A program made the position numbers and the translations under genes. The notes below the pieces were generated by a model that did no database searches, was not told the DNA's origin, and saw nothing but the letters and a program-made list of their open reading frames with translations. A stretch of 64,000 nt of DNA from positions 5,394,001 to 5,458,000 of the forward strand of contig CATNEN010000038.1 in the NCBI GenBank assembly GCA_950097015.1, read 5' to 3'. The stretch is from Macrostomum hystrix. Taxonomy: Eukaryota > Animalia > Platyhelminthes. Positions 35,788-64,000 of the stretch are shown here, in pieces; the stretch's first letter is position 1; every line of letters begins with the position of its first letter.

Positions 35788-36340
35788 GCTTTGTGATAAT
35801 CAAGCACTGAGCAGGCAGTAAGAATTGAGTCCACAAAACGCAGGTTGGGCCCAGCGGGGCGTTTGAGATTTTTGTAGGGTTGTTTTATTAACTAGAAAGC
35901 AGTAAAACAAAGATTATATGTTTGCCCAGAAAATATAATAACAAAAACACAACATTAAAAACTGAAAATGCAGCGAAAGCCAGTGGGGAATGAAGCACTA
36001 ATTGGGAGAATTGCGCATGGCTTGAAAGCAAGGAACATTGCAGACAGCAGAATATGGCTGCATGATAGACAGCTGTGTATATAATTTGTTAAAAAGATAC
36101 TCGTTTTATAATACTGTCAGTAGCGAGGTGATAAAAATTTGTCGATTAATAATACTGTGATGGAATATATTAATATGGAATAAACAAGAATGCTTGCAAA
36201 AAAGTAAGAAGCTAATGATAAAAAGTATTTAAATAGAATATTCGATAAAACGATTGCTTGAAAAGATACGCATTTTAAAGGTCTGTGGTAATGGCGGGTG
36301 TAGCTTTGCGGTCATCCTCACTTTACTGACGATTACTTTA

Positions 36341-36696
36341 CCCAGCCACTCTCACCCAGTCACTCTCACCAAGTCACTCTCACCCAGTCACTCTCACCAA
36401 GTCACTCTCACCCAGTCACTCTCACCAAGTCACTCTCACCCAGTCACTCTCACCCAGCCACTCTCACCCAGTCACTCTCACCCAGTCACTCTCACCAAGT
36501 CACTCTCACCCAGCCACTCTCACTCAGTCACTCTCACCCAGCCACTCTCACCCAGCCACTCTCACCCAGTCACTCTCACCCAGCCACTCTCACTCAGTCA
36601 CTCTCACCCAGCCACTCTCACCCAGCCACTCTCACCCAGTCACTCTCACCCAGTCACTCCACCCAGTCACTCCACCCAGTCACTCTCACCCAGCCA
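36341..36696. repeat. 14-bp minisatellite (ctcacccagtcact)
   Basis: Direct tandem units. Confidence 0.95.
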
Positions 36697-36729
36697 CAGT
36701 GTCCAATCAGCAATGCGGAAGCTCAGATA

Positions 36730-39700
36730 TCATCCGACAAATTCCCCATTGGCGTCGAATTCAACAGCCGAAGCGTCTTCGGTCGGCAGCAGTGAATCGG
36801 CGCCAGTCAGCGAGGCCCTGGCGGCAGCAGGCAGCGGAGGCGGAGGCGGGCGCTCAAGAGCGGGGTCCAGGCTGAGCAGCAGGATGAGCAGGGCACAGCA
36901 GATGGCCAGCGCCAGCAGCCAGGTGGCTGTGGACCGCGCCTTCGGTGTCGGCGACGCGTCCGACGGGATTTCGTTGCTATGGAAACTGCGATTGGCCCGA
37001 GCGAAACCAGTGCGAGTGGAACTCGTGCCGCTGTGTAAACGAATGAAATATGGACTCGTTTTCCTAACACCTGACAGATTGGGGGAAGAATAAGAACTGA
37101 CAGATTGGGGAAGATAACAACTGACAGATTGGGGAAGAATAACAACTGACAGATTGGGGAAGATAACAACTGACGGATTGGGGAAGATAACAACTGACGG
37201 ATTGGGGAAGATAACAACTGACAGATTGGGGAAGAATAACAACTGACAGATTGGGGAAGATAACAACTGACAGATTGGGGAAGAATAACAACTGACAGAT
37301 TGGGGAAGATAACAACTGACGGATTGGGGAAGATAACAACTGACAGATTGGGGAAGATAACAACTGACAGATTGGGGAAGATAACAACTGACGGATTGGG
37401 GAAGATAACAAGTGACAGATTGGGGAAGATAACAACTGACGGATTGGGGAAGATAACAACTGACAGATTGGGGAAGATAACAACTGACAGATTGGGGAAG
37501 ATAACAACTGACGGATTGGGGGAAGATAACAACTGACGGATTGGGGAAGATAACAACTGACGGATTGGGGAAGATAACAACTGACGGATTGGGGAAGATA
37601 ACAACTGACGGATTGGGGAAGATAACAACTGACGGATTGGGGGAAGATAACAACTGACGGATTGGGGAAGATAACAAGTGACAGATTGGGGAAGATAACA
37701 ACTGACGGATTGGGGAAGATAACAACTGACAGATTGGGGAAGAATAACAACTGACAGATTGGGGAAGATAACAACTGACGGATTGGGGAAGATAACAACT
37801 GACGGATTGGGGGAAGATAACAACTGACAGATTGGGGAAGATAACAACTGACAGATTGGGGAAGAATAACAACTGACAGATTGGGGAAGATAACAACTGA
37901 CGGATTGGGGAAGATAACAACTGACGGATTGGGGAAGATAACAACTGACAGATTGGGGAAGATAACAACTGACGGATTGGGGAAGATAACAACTGACGGA
38001 TTGGGGAAGATAACAACTGACGGATTGGGGGAAGATAACAACTGACAGATTGGGGAAGATAACAACTGACAGATTGGGGAAGATAACAACTGACGGATTG
38101 GGGAAGATAACAAGTGACAGATTGGGGAAGATAACAACTGACGGATTGGGGAAGATAACAACTGACAGATTGGGGAAGATAACAACTGACAGATTGGGGA
38201 AGAATAACAACTGACAGATTAGGGAAGATAACAACTGACGGATTGGGGAAGATAACAACTGACAGATTGGGGAAGAATAACAACTGACAGATTGGGGAAG
38301 ATAACAACTGACGGATTGGGGAAGATAACAACTGACAGATTGGGGAAGATAACAACTGACAGATTGGGGAAGAATAACAACTGACAGATTGGGGAAGATA
38401 ACAACTGACGGATTGGGGAAGATAACAAATGACGGATTGGGGAAGATAACAACTGACGGATTGGGGAAGATAACAACTGACAGATTGGGGAAGATAACAA
38501 CTGACGGATTGGGGGAAGATAACAACTGACAGATTGGGGAAGATAACAACTGACAGATTGGGGAAGAATAACAACTGACAGATTGGGGAAGATAACAACT
38601 GACGGATTGGGGGAAGATAACAACTGACAGATTGGGAAGATAACAACTGACAGATTGGGGAAGATAACAACTGACGGATTGGGGAAGATAACAACTGACG
38701 GATTGGGGAAGATAACAACTGACGGATTGGGGGAAGATAACAACTGACGGATTGGGGAAGATAACAAGTGACAGATTGGGGAAGATAACAACTGACGGAT
38801 TGGGGAAGATAACAACTGACAGATTGGGGAAGAATAACAACTGACAGATTGGGGAAGATAACAACTGACGGATTGGGGAAGATAACAACTGACGGATTGG
38901 GGGAAGATAACAACTGACAGATTGGGGAAGATAACAACTGACAGATTGGGGAAGAATAACAACTGACAGATTGGGGAAGATAACAACTGACGGATTGGGG
39001 AAGATAACAACTGACGGATTGGGGAAGATAACAACTGACAGATTGGGGAAGATAACAACTGACGGATTGGGGAAGATAACAACTGACGGATTGGGGAAGA
39101 TAACAACTGACGGATTGGGGGAAGATAACAACTGACAGATTGGGGAAGATAACAACTGACAGATTGGGGAAGATAACAACTGACGGATTGGGGAAGATAA
39201 CAAGTGACAGATTGGGGAAGATAACAACTGACGGATTGGGGAAGATAACAACTGACAGATTGGGGAAGATAACAACTGACAGATTGGGGAAGAATAACAA
39301 CTGACAGATTAGGGAAGATAACAACTGACGGATTGGGGAAGATAACAACTGACAGATTGGGGAAGAATAACAACTGACAGATTGGGGAAGATAACAACTG
39401 ACGGATTGGGGAAGATAACAACTGACAGATTGGGGAAGATAACAACTGACAGATTGGGGAAGAATAACAACTGACAGATTGGGGAAGATAACAACTGACG
39501 GATTGGGGAAGATAACAAATGACGGATTGGGGAAGATAACAACTGACGGATTGGGGAAGATAACAACTGACAGATTGGGGAAGATAACAACTGACGGATT
39601 GGGGGAAGATAACAACTGACAGATTGGGGAAGATAACAACTGACAGATTGGGGAAGAATAACAACTGACAGATTGGGGAAGATAACAACTGACGGATTGG

Positions 39701-40252
39701 GGGAAGATAACAACTGACAGATTGGGAAGATAACAACTGACAGATTGGGGAAGAATAACAACTGACAGATTGGGGAAGATAACAACTGACGGATTGGGGA
39801 AGATAACAACTGACAGATTGGGGAAGATAACAACTGACAGATTGGGGAAGATAACAAGTGATAGATTGGGGAAGATAACAACTGACAGATTGGGGAAGAT
39901 AACAACTGACAGATTGGGGAAGATAACAACTGACAGATTGGGGAAGATAACAACTGACAGATTGGGGAAGATAACAACTGACGGATTGGGGAAGATAACA
40001 ACTGACAGATTGGGGAAGATAACAAGTGATAGATTAGGAGAGGGTAACAACTGACAGATTAGTCACTGACCAGCTAATAAGTGAAGCAGTTGAGCTGGCA
40101 CATTTGGCAGTTTTGAGATACCTCGCTAGTTTGCGCTCAATTAGTCGCCTATTAAACCAGCTGACTGGTGGCACAGATTCGAGGGGCAGAAATTCAGCGA
40201 GCTTCAGTCTGAGTTCATCATCACTTAGATGCTGAATACCTAGTGGAGACAT
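36730..40252 (-). CDS. Small LEM-domain single-pass membrane protein (emerin/LAP2beta-like architecture), 2 exons, ~171 aa
   Basis: Exon 1 40252-40071 has LEM-like LSDDELRLKLAEF…VPPVSWFNRRLIERKLARY. Exon 2 37063-36730 has hydrophobic WLLALAICCALLILLLSL. Phase-2 intron filled by a 3 kb minisatellite. Confidence 0.7.
37071..40060. repeat. 24-bp minisatellite (aactgacagattggggaagataac), LEM gene intron
   Basis: Direct tandem units with 1-nt indel variants. Confidence 0.98.
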
Positions 40253-40282
40253 ATTGCCTCGTGTCTATGCTAGAACTGCTAA

Positions 40283-40290
40283 CTGAAATT
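40283..40290 (-). promoter_or_regulatory. Putative trans-splice acceptor of the LEM gene
   Basis: attaatttcag| lies 30 nt upstream of the ATG. Confidence 0.4.
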
Positions 40291-40524
40291 AATAGTGACA
40301 TAATTTTTGGCAATGTGACCATATAAAAGGGATGCATGTTAATGTACATGTCACAAAATGGGACATGGGGTTGTAGCACACTGCTTGAGTGCAGATTGAC
40401 TACTTGAGTGCACCCTTGACTAAAGCCTATGGTAAAACTAGATCAAATCAAGACAAGTTGGGATATAAGCAGATGATTTTCATAGTTTTGAGATTTGGGT
40501 GAATTCACAATATAGCTATATGTC

Positions 40525-40801
40525 CATACATGCGCAACACCCGGCCGACCTGGCCAAGCAAGGTAAGTCGCAAAAACCAATTGACCAAGCACAAAAAAAT
40601 CTAAGGGGGGACCAAGGGACAAAAAAGGAAGGCGTGAAGAAAAGGAAAAATGGGAGAGAAAAAGAGAGCAAATGAGAGCAAACTAAGTCGTAAATAGAGC
40701 AATGAAACGAACTAAGTCGCAAATGAGAGCAAACTAAGTCATAAATAGAGCAAAAACTAAGTTGCATGGCCAGCTAAGATTTGGGAGATTGCGCATGTAT
40801 G
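40525..40801. mobile_element. hAT-type MITE (277 bp)
   Basis: TIRs catacatgcgcaa / ttgcgcatgtatg; 8-bp TSD tatatgtc at 40517-40524 and 40802-40809. Confidence 0.85.
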
Positions 40802-43800
40802 TATATGTCTGTAGGCCAAATGAAATTAAGAGAGGATGAATTTAAGTGACCTTTGCTTTTGAGGTTACAATGTTTATGTCCAGTAAATTAGAGTAAAATA
40901 CCATTTTGTATACAGCATGTATGCCTATTACTTTTGAAGTCCGGGACTTAGACAAAATATCTTAGACCATTTTGATCATATAATCAACTAGTCAGAACTA
41001 AGACAAACCAAATGTGGCCACTTTAACAACAGACTTATGGCTAAACTTGAGTTGCTTTGTCAACCTATTTGAGAAAATTGCTGATTGAGCAAATAACTAG
41101 CACCCAAAATAATTCACCTTGATCCCTAGCTAGCTTGATTAATGCCACCTAGACTCATACTTTGAAAAGGCAATTCAGAATTGAAATTGCTTCACTGTTA
41201 AATGTATTGTAAGTGTAAGCTATGAAGAAAAAAGTTGAAAACAAAAAAGACTTAAAGTCAAATAACATCTTAAATAAAGATCTTATTTTATACTGATTTT
41301 TAAGTGGGCAGAAACTGCTTAATAAGACTGAACTAGTTTTATGCCAAAAATAAGGGCCAAAAATGAATAAATAGCTAAAAGTTAAAACCACAGGTTACAG
41401 CAGACAACTGTCCTTGAAATTACTAATTGATATTTATTTTCTTGTCATTGACAATAAAATAGGTAACAAAATTATACATTTTTATGCATCAAGGCCAATA
41501 TGTTCGACTTGAACATACAAATGGCATCCAAACAGTTCAAGTTCAAATGACTACTTCAATTAAGTTCAAACTTCGAATTTCAATTTATAACTTAAAACAA
41601 CTATGGAAATGAGAAAATCATACAAGCTAAGAAAAGCTTTAAAACTCAACTCATCGCATCCGCAACTACAAATCTACACCTTTTCATTATACAAGCTATT
41701 TTTTAAGAAGATACAATTAGCAGCTACTTGAATTTGTAAATTCATTTTTGCATAAATTTGTTTATTAACAAATGTTTTTGTTAGACAAAAATATAAAAGT
41801 AGTTAATTATATTCTATTAACACACGAAAAATAATACATAGTTAAAACAGTGAGGTCTCTTAATCAAAGTCACGTAAGTCGATGACGTCAGACTCAGACG
41901 ATGCATGATGTGCTAACGTTATTGTACTATCTTAAAGATTGTTTCCAAGAATACGATGGCTGTTTGAAATTTCTCAAAAAAATAATTAAAACAAGGGTTC
42001 TTCTTGTCTAAGTAATAAGTAAATAATAACTTCCTGTCTATGTTACTATGTTTCTTACTGTTCGATTGTTTTAAAAAATGTAGGCTTAATGCAACGTTTG
42101 GCTTCCTGTATTACAATCATTCAACGATTTCCTACTTGAACTGCGCTTCAGTTATGGCGTGAAGAAGACCAGGGATTACTGCACGTGATATTTCTGCACT
42201 TTTACTATATTAAAAGTAAAATGCAACTAGTGACTCACTGGTTACTAGGCTTAGCCTTGTCTAGCTAGCCATCGCCGCTTTAAAGAAAGTATGTTATCGA
42301 GTTGGTGTCTAAATCTGCGTAGGAGAACGTTCTGTTGCCGATATTACCCACGGTTTTTCCATGGCACGCTTGGATATAAGCCTGGCCTGCATCAGTAGAG
42401 CAATAATACAATGACTAGTCAGTTTTTTTCATAAGGCTAGCCAAGATCAATTAGCTTTCATAATAGAGTATTTTGCGTGTATATAACATACGGCTGTTAA
42501 ACTGCAAATGTCTGCAAAAGTCCGACTTGCAACAGTAATTGGCTTTTGCCTAATGTCGCAGACCGAAATAGAAAATATATCTTATAAGTCGGTGGAACAG
42601 CTGCGATCGAGCGACTCCTAATTTAGTTACTAAGCGCTCGAGGGTTTTTGAAAGAAATTTCACGATTTTTATAAGCTTCATTTGCTAAAGGCTATGATCC
42701 GCGAATAGTATTTGAAATTTTAAACCTCTACATGTGCGACAAATTGAAAAACGCTGCTTACTACTGAGATAAAAACCTTATTATTTGATTTTTAATGCAC
42801 GTGACTGCGATTATATATTGTAAAGTAGACTTTAGATCTAACCTTTTGATAACTTGATGTTTAGGTCACTCTGTTAGATGTGGTAATTGTGGTTAGATAT
42901 ATACCAGTGAAATTATTTTTCAAAGACAATAAGGGACGAATTTTTTACGATGAATAAGTAGCATGCAAAGCATGGTGCTTATAAAAGAATACTTATTGAA
43001 TTACCTAATAAAAGTCCAATAGTGATCGTGTTTTAAAGATTTTTACTCAGACGCAACTAGCAAAAGCCTAGCAGACCACATTTTTTAGATTTCTGCTTGG
43101 CTGTTTAAACGAGACTTGCTTTTTTAGACCACAATGACAAGTTTTCAGGTATGGAGCATGAGACTTCCAAATAGTGGAGTAACGGGATATTCTTACTTAA
43201 ACTAGTCAGAATTAATAGTTAATATTCTAGCATTTTGCCTTCCTTGCATAACAAATGCGTTTTTAGTGGCGAATGAAAGTAATTTTTTGCTCCTTTAGGA
43301 TCGAAAATTTCCGCTTGACAAAATTTTGCTACTTCTATTTTTTGACGCAGTGTTAAAATCCAGAAAATGGTTAAACAGCAGCAGAGGCAGCAGTAAAGCA
43401 GCAGTGAACTTCACTTCTTTGAGAAGCAATTTGAGAACTGCTACAGCAATGGCAGTTCAGTGCAATCCTCAAGCGTTCCTGAACGTCAAACGTCGAGCTC
43501 AGTGCGGCAGCTAGCTAGCCCTACAATTCCACCTCGGGGCATAAAACTGGATCGAAGTGCGCACCGAGGGGGCCATTGTGCACAGTCAAGTGTGAAAGGC
43601 TGCAGGAGGGTGCTGTAGGGGTGTGCCGCATATGGCTGCAACATTGAGAAGGAGCTATAGATTCCAACTGTGAGCTAAGAAAAATTCACTCTCTCGGACA
43701 AAAAAAGCAAACGGTCGCAAAACGCGTTGATCCCGCGACGCATTCATTTCTAGAGAAAGAGAGTGGCGGAGAGAGCGGGCAGCGGCCAAACAGGGAGCTG

Positions 43801-44283
43801 CTGAGCCCCAGCAGTTGCTGAGAGTCGGGCATGGTAGCTGAGCAGCTACTGAGAGAGGACGGCCTCGAGGTTTTCCCTGAGCTACAATTGGCTCAGCGCG
43901 GTGGGGATCAGGTTTTTAAATTGGGGAAGAGATTGCATTAGACTGAGAGAGAGGAGGAGAAAAAAGGAGTCTAGAAATTCAAAAGCTGCGTCAGAGGCCG
44001 TTGTATTATTTCAGGCGCTCCATCGAATCTGGGAGTTCAGCAGCTCAGTGGAAGCAGGCCGGGACGCGAATTGTCCTGGCGAGTCAGTTTTTTTATTTGC
44101 TGAATTTCCACTCCATTTAACAACAGCACTGAAGATTCTCTGCAGTTTGTTAGTCGCCTCGACAGACAGGTTCGTAAAAAATATTTTTCCTAATTCTGTC
44201 AAAGTAGAGGAGTCGGTTTTTTCATTGATGATATTCGTTACTTCGATTCTCCACCCAAACAGCGGCTTTAACTATTTGATCGA

Positions 44284-45970
44284 AGCTTTAACTGTTAGAC
44301 AGTAGCTTTAACTGTTAGACAGTGGCTTTAACTGTTAGACAGTAGCTTCAACTGTTAGACAGTAGCTTCAACTGTTAGACAGTAGCTTCAACTGTTAGAC
44401 AGTGGCTTCAACTGTTAGACAGTAGCTTTAACTGTTAGACAGTGGCTTCAACTGTTAGACAGTAGCTTTAACTGTTAGACAGTAGCTTCAACTGTTAGAC
44501 AGTAGCTTCACCTGTTAGACAGTAGCTTTAACTGTTAGACAGTAGCTTTAACTGTTAGACAGTAGCTTCAACTGTTAGACAGTAGCTTTAACTGTTAGAC
44601 AGTAGCTTCAACTGTTAGACAGTAGCTTCACCTGTTAGACAGTAGCTTTAACTGTTAGACAGTAGCTTCAACTGTTAGACAGTAACTTCAACTGTTAGAC
44701 AGTAGCTTCAACTGTTAGACAGTAGCTTCACCTGTTAGACAGTAGCTTCAACTGTTAGACAGTAACTTCAACTGTTAGACAGTAGCTTCAACTGTTAGAC
44801 AGTAGCTTCACCTGTTAGACAGTAGCTTCAACTGTTAGACAGTAGCTTCAACTGTTAGACAGTAACTTCAACTGTTAGACAGTAGCTTCAACTGTTAGAC
44901 AGTAGCTTCACCTGTTAGACAGTAGCTTCAACTGTTAGACAGTAGCTTCACCTGTTAGACAGTAGCTTCAACTGTTAGACAGTAGCTTCAACTGTTAGAC
45001 AGTAGCTTTAACTGTTAGACAGAAGCCTCACCTGTTAGAGAGTAGCCTTACCTGTTAGAGAGTAGCCTCACCTGTTAGACAGTGGCTTCAACTGTTAGAC
45101 AGTAACTTCAACTGTTAGACAGTAGCTTCAACTGTTAGACAGTAGCTTCAACTGTTAGACAGTAGCTTCAACTGTTAGACAGTAGCTTCAACTGTTAGAC
45201 AGTAGCTTCAACTGTTAGACAGTAGCTTCAACTGTTAGACAGTAGCTTCAACTGTTAGACAGTAGCTTTAACTGTTAGACAGTAGCTTCAACTGTTAGAC
45301 AGTAACTTCAACTGTTAGACAGTAGCTTCAACTGTTAGACAGTAGCTTCAACTGTTAGACAGTAGCTTCAACTGTTAGACAGTAGCTTCACCTGTTAGAC
45401 AGTAGCTTCAACTGTTAGACAGTAGCTTCAACTGTTAGACAGTAGCTTCAACTGTTAGACAGTAGCTTCAACTGTTAGACAGTAACTTCAACTGTTAGAC
45501 AGTAGCTTTAACTGTTAGACAGTAGCTTCAACTGTTAGACAGTAGCTTCAACTGTTAGACAGTAGCTTTAACTGTTAGACAGTAGCTTCAACTGTTAGAC
45601 AGTAGCTTCAACTGTTAGACAGTAGCTTCAACTGTTAGACAGTAGCTTCAACTGTTAGACAGTAACTTCAACTGTTAGACAGTAGCTTCAACTGTTAGAC
45701 AGTAGCTTCACCTGTTAGACAGTAGCTTCAACTGTTAGACAGTAGCTTCACCTGTTAGACAGTAGCTTCAACTGTTAGACAGTAACTTCAACTGTTATAC
45801 AGTAGCCTCACCTGTTAGAGAGTAGCCTCACCTGTTAGAGAGTAGCCTCACCTGTTAGACAGTAGCTTCAACTGTTAGACAGTAGCTTCAACTGTTATAC
45901 AGTAGCCTCACCTGTTAGAGAGTAGCCTCACCTGTTAGAGAGTAGCCTCACCTGTTAGAGAGTAGCTTCA
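44284..45970. repeat. 20-bp minisatellite (actgttagacagtagcttca)
   Basis: Direct tandem units in constant register. Confidence 0.98.
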
Positions 45971-46511
45971 GCTCTTACACATACTCGCGAGTGCAGTGAG
46001 TAAATTTGCTTTTTAGGCCATAAAATCCTAACTGTTTAAGCTTAGATTCCACTACTTTTACAATGTCCTATTCAGGCATAGCTTTAGTTCCTAGCATCCG
46101 CTCGTCTCCGTGCAGAAAACAATGTCCCTAGATTTTCTCTTTTTTTCTGTAGAGACACCTGGAGGGTTGGGGAATTCCGATAAAAAAAACGCTTACCACA
46201 ACGCTGCCACAGCACACCAAAGCTTTTGTTCTCTCATTGTATTCTGCCCGAGCGGTCACCAACAGATACATTTAGTGACGGCCTCTAACGTCTGGGGCCC
46301 AAATAAACGGGGTAACTAAAGATTTTATTGCATTGTATTTAATAGGATAACTTTAATAAGATAGCTATAATAAGATATAATATGAATGTGAACAGGTTTG
46401 GTTTGCAAGCAAGTTTATCTATGCTTTCTTAATGTTGCACAACTGTCAGTTTTAAGGAATGTTCCTTGACGTCACAGATGTCAGAAAACAGTTTCGTAAC
46501 AGCTCCAGTAC

Positions 46512-47030
46512 TCAGGGTCCAGTGGAAAAGTGCAGGTGGAATGCACAGTTGTAAAATGTCCCATTGATGGCGGAACTCATCGCATGCATGCTGGCTTGAA
46601 TCGTACGGTCCAGGTCAGGATTCGACGACAGAGGGTCTTGCGGCAGGCAAGGTGATTGATGCGACTGCCTTGGTATTGTCATTGCATCCGATGGAGCTGA
46701 TGACGCTTGACAAATTTGCCATTTCAGCATCGCGCTTCCGACCGTGCCGAAGGTAGCGCTCAGTGGCAGTCACGGACTTATGGCCAGTAATTGATCCAAT
46801 GTCCTTGAGGGGTACACCATTTGCGTCGAGTTCAGTGACCACAGTAGCCCGGATTCTTGAAAAAGTTCGTCAATAGCCACAAGAGCCGCCTGATCCGTAT
46901 CGTCCACATCGAGTATCATGGCGTCCATATCCTTTTCACGATCCATGCGATCCTTTATTTCGTATAAAGTAGAACCAGTCACATCCCCTTGCGACATGTG
47001 AATCAACCCTAATGGGTATGGACAAGACAT
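46512..47030 (-). mobile_element. Decayed Crypton-like tyrosine-recombinase transposon fragment
   Basis: Frame SRIRATVVTELDANGVPLKDIGSITGHKSVTATERY carries the YR R…GH…Y boxes. A frameshifted tail GTFYNCAFHLHF* is typical of Crypton/DUF3504 C-termini. In-frame stop upstream; element limits uncertain. Confidence 0.65.
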
Positions 47031-47624
47031 GCCTCTGCCAAAGGTTTTATACGATTATCACAGCTTAATCTATTCTCAGTGTGCCAGTTTTCTGTCACTT
47101 TCTTCCAACTAATCTGGACAAGAAAACTTCGCCCATAGACAGCCTTAGCGGGTCATCAATCAAAATTCGAATTGGTGACCGCTGAAAGGCGTAGACTAAA
47201 ACAAGCAAGCTAGCTGCATTTATTTGATTCGTTCGTTCTGATTGGTGACCGCTAACGTGATTATTTTTAGAAGCTCGCTTTCGGACATAATACAATGCCA
47301 AAGAATACTGGCTATTTGGGCATCAATGCCCGCATAGCCGGTCTTCTTTACTCGTACATCATTGGTAATGAACATTTTACCTGTCTCTCTCCGTAATATT
47401 ATTTGTTTCGTCCAATTAATTTGCACCCATAGTATTGCAGTGCTATGAAGCTAAATATGACATTCACTTTTAAGCACGTACGCTCGTAGTAATAAAGACG
47501 ACATTTTTTAATTGCGTGCTATCCGCGTTGCAGCACAACTGTCTTCAATGGCGGAACCAATGGTAACATATAATAAATAGCTTCCAAAAATATGTAAAAA
47601 GGGTATAGCTGCATACTCGTATGT

Positions 47625-47965
47625 ATCTGTCACTTGGTCCATCTGTCACTTGGTCCATCTGTCACTTAGTCCATCTGTCACTTACCCCATCTGTCACTTG
47701 GTCCATCTGTCACTTGGTCCATCTGTCACTTGGTCCATCTGTCACTTGTCACTTGGTCGATCTGTCACTTGGTCGATCGATCACTTGGTCCATCGATCAC
47801 TTGGTCCATCTGTCACTTGGTCCATCTGTCACTTGTCACTTGGTCGATCTGTCACTTGGTCGATCGATCACTTGGTCCATCGATCACTTGGTCCATCTGT
47901 CACTTGGTCGATCTGTCACTTGGTCTATCGATCACTTGGTCTATCTGTCACTTGGTCCATGTGTC
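47625..47965. repeat. 16-bp minisatellite (ggtccatctgtcactt)
   Basis: Direct tandem units. Confidence 0.92.
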
Positions 47966-48164
47966 AATTTTAACATGCTTTCACGTCGTTAAAACGAATA
48001 GGTATTTGGTACCTGTTGTTTAAATCATGAGACGACGCCAAACCCTATTAATAGTTCTCACACCTGACCGGATTCGTGAGCCAGCGAGTGCATTAATCTC
48101 CAAACCTCCCCATTCCGCTCTCGGACCCCTCTTACCTTGCCAGACTGAGGCGGCAGAGGCGCAC

Positions 48165-64000
<15,836 letters not shown>

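Noticed and set aside
36730-40050. 1106-aa and other long repetitive ORFs
   Set aside because: They are translations of the 24-bp intronic satellite. Only 37063-36730 is real coding sequence, and exon 1 read-through stops at 40034.
43326-44305. ORFs in the purine/CAG-rich region upstream of otoferlin
   Set aside because: No motifs or coherent splice structure; possibly promoter or 5' UTR, but unsupported.

Overview
Eukaryotic (metazoan) genomic DNA. The flatworm Macrostomum is my inference from the minisatellite-stuffed introns, short cis-introns and apparent trans-splice acceptors; it is not proven. Six co-oriented minus-strand genes occupy 1.3-40.3 kb: MDC1, a tandem-RWD + RING-H2 protein, ALG8, a divergent NR3/ERR-like nuclear receptor, LAMTOR3 and a small LEM-domain transmembrane protein. 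A plus-strand otoferlin starts at 48165 and runs off the window. About a third of the window is ~27 distinct minisatellite arrays, and these generate most of the long ORFs in the supplied track. There are also tRNA-derived SINEs, a GC-rich retroposon, several MITEs and a decayed Crypton-type tyrosine-recombinase relic. Most notable: (1) MDC1 has no genomic start codon but has an in-phase 3' splice acceptor, which fits a flatworm spliced-leader AUG supplying Met1 within putative operons; (2) a candidate 18-nt microexon falls in the Ca2+-binding loop of otoferlin C2D; (3) the nuclear receptor has a CHACKS P-box; (4) several intronic satellites are built from splice-signal motifs; (5) one satellite family resembles a hAT MITE end. 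All exon models were read by eye and need RNA confirmation.
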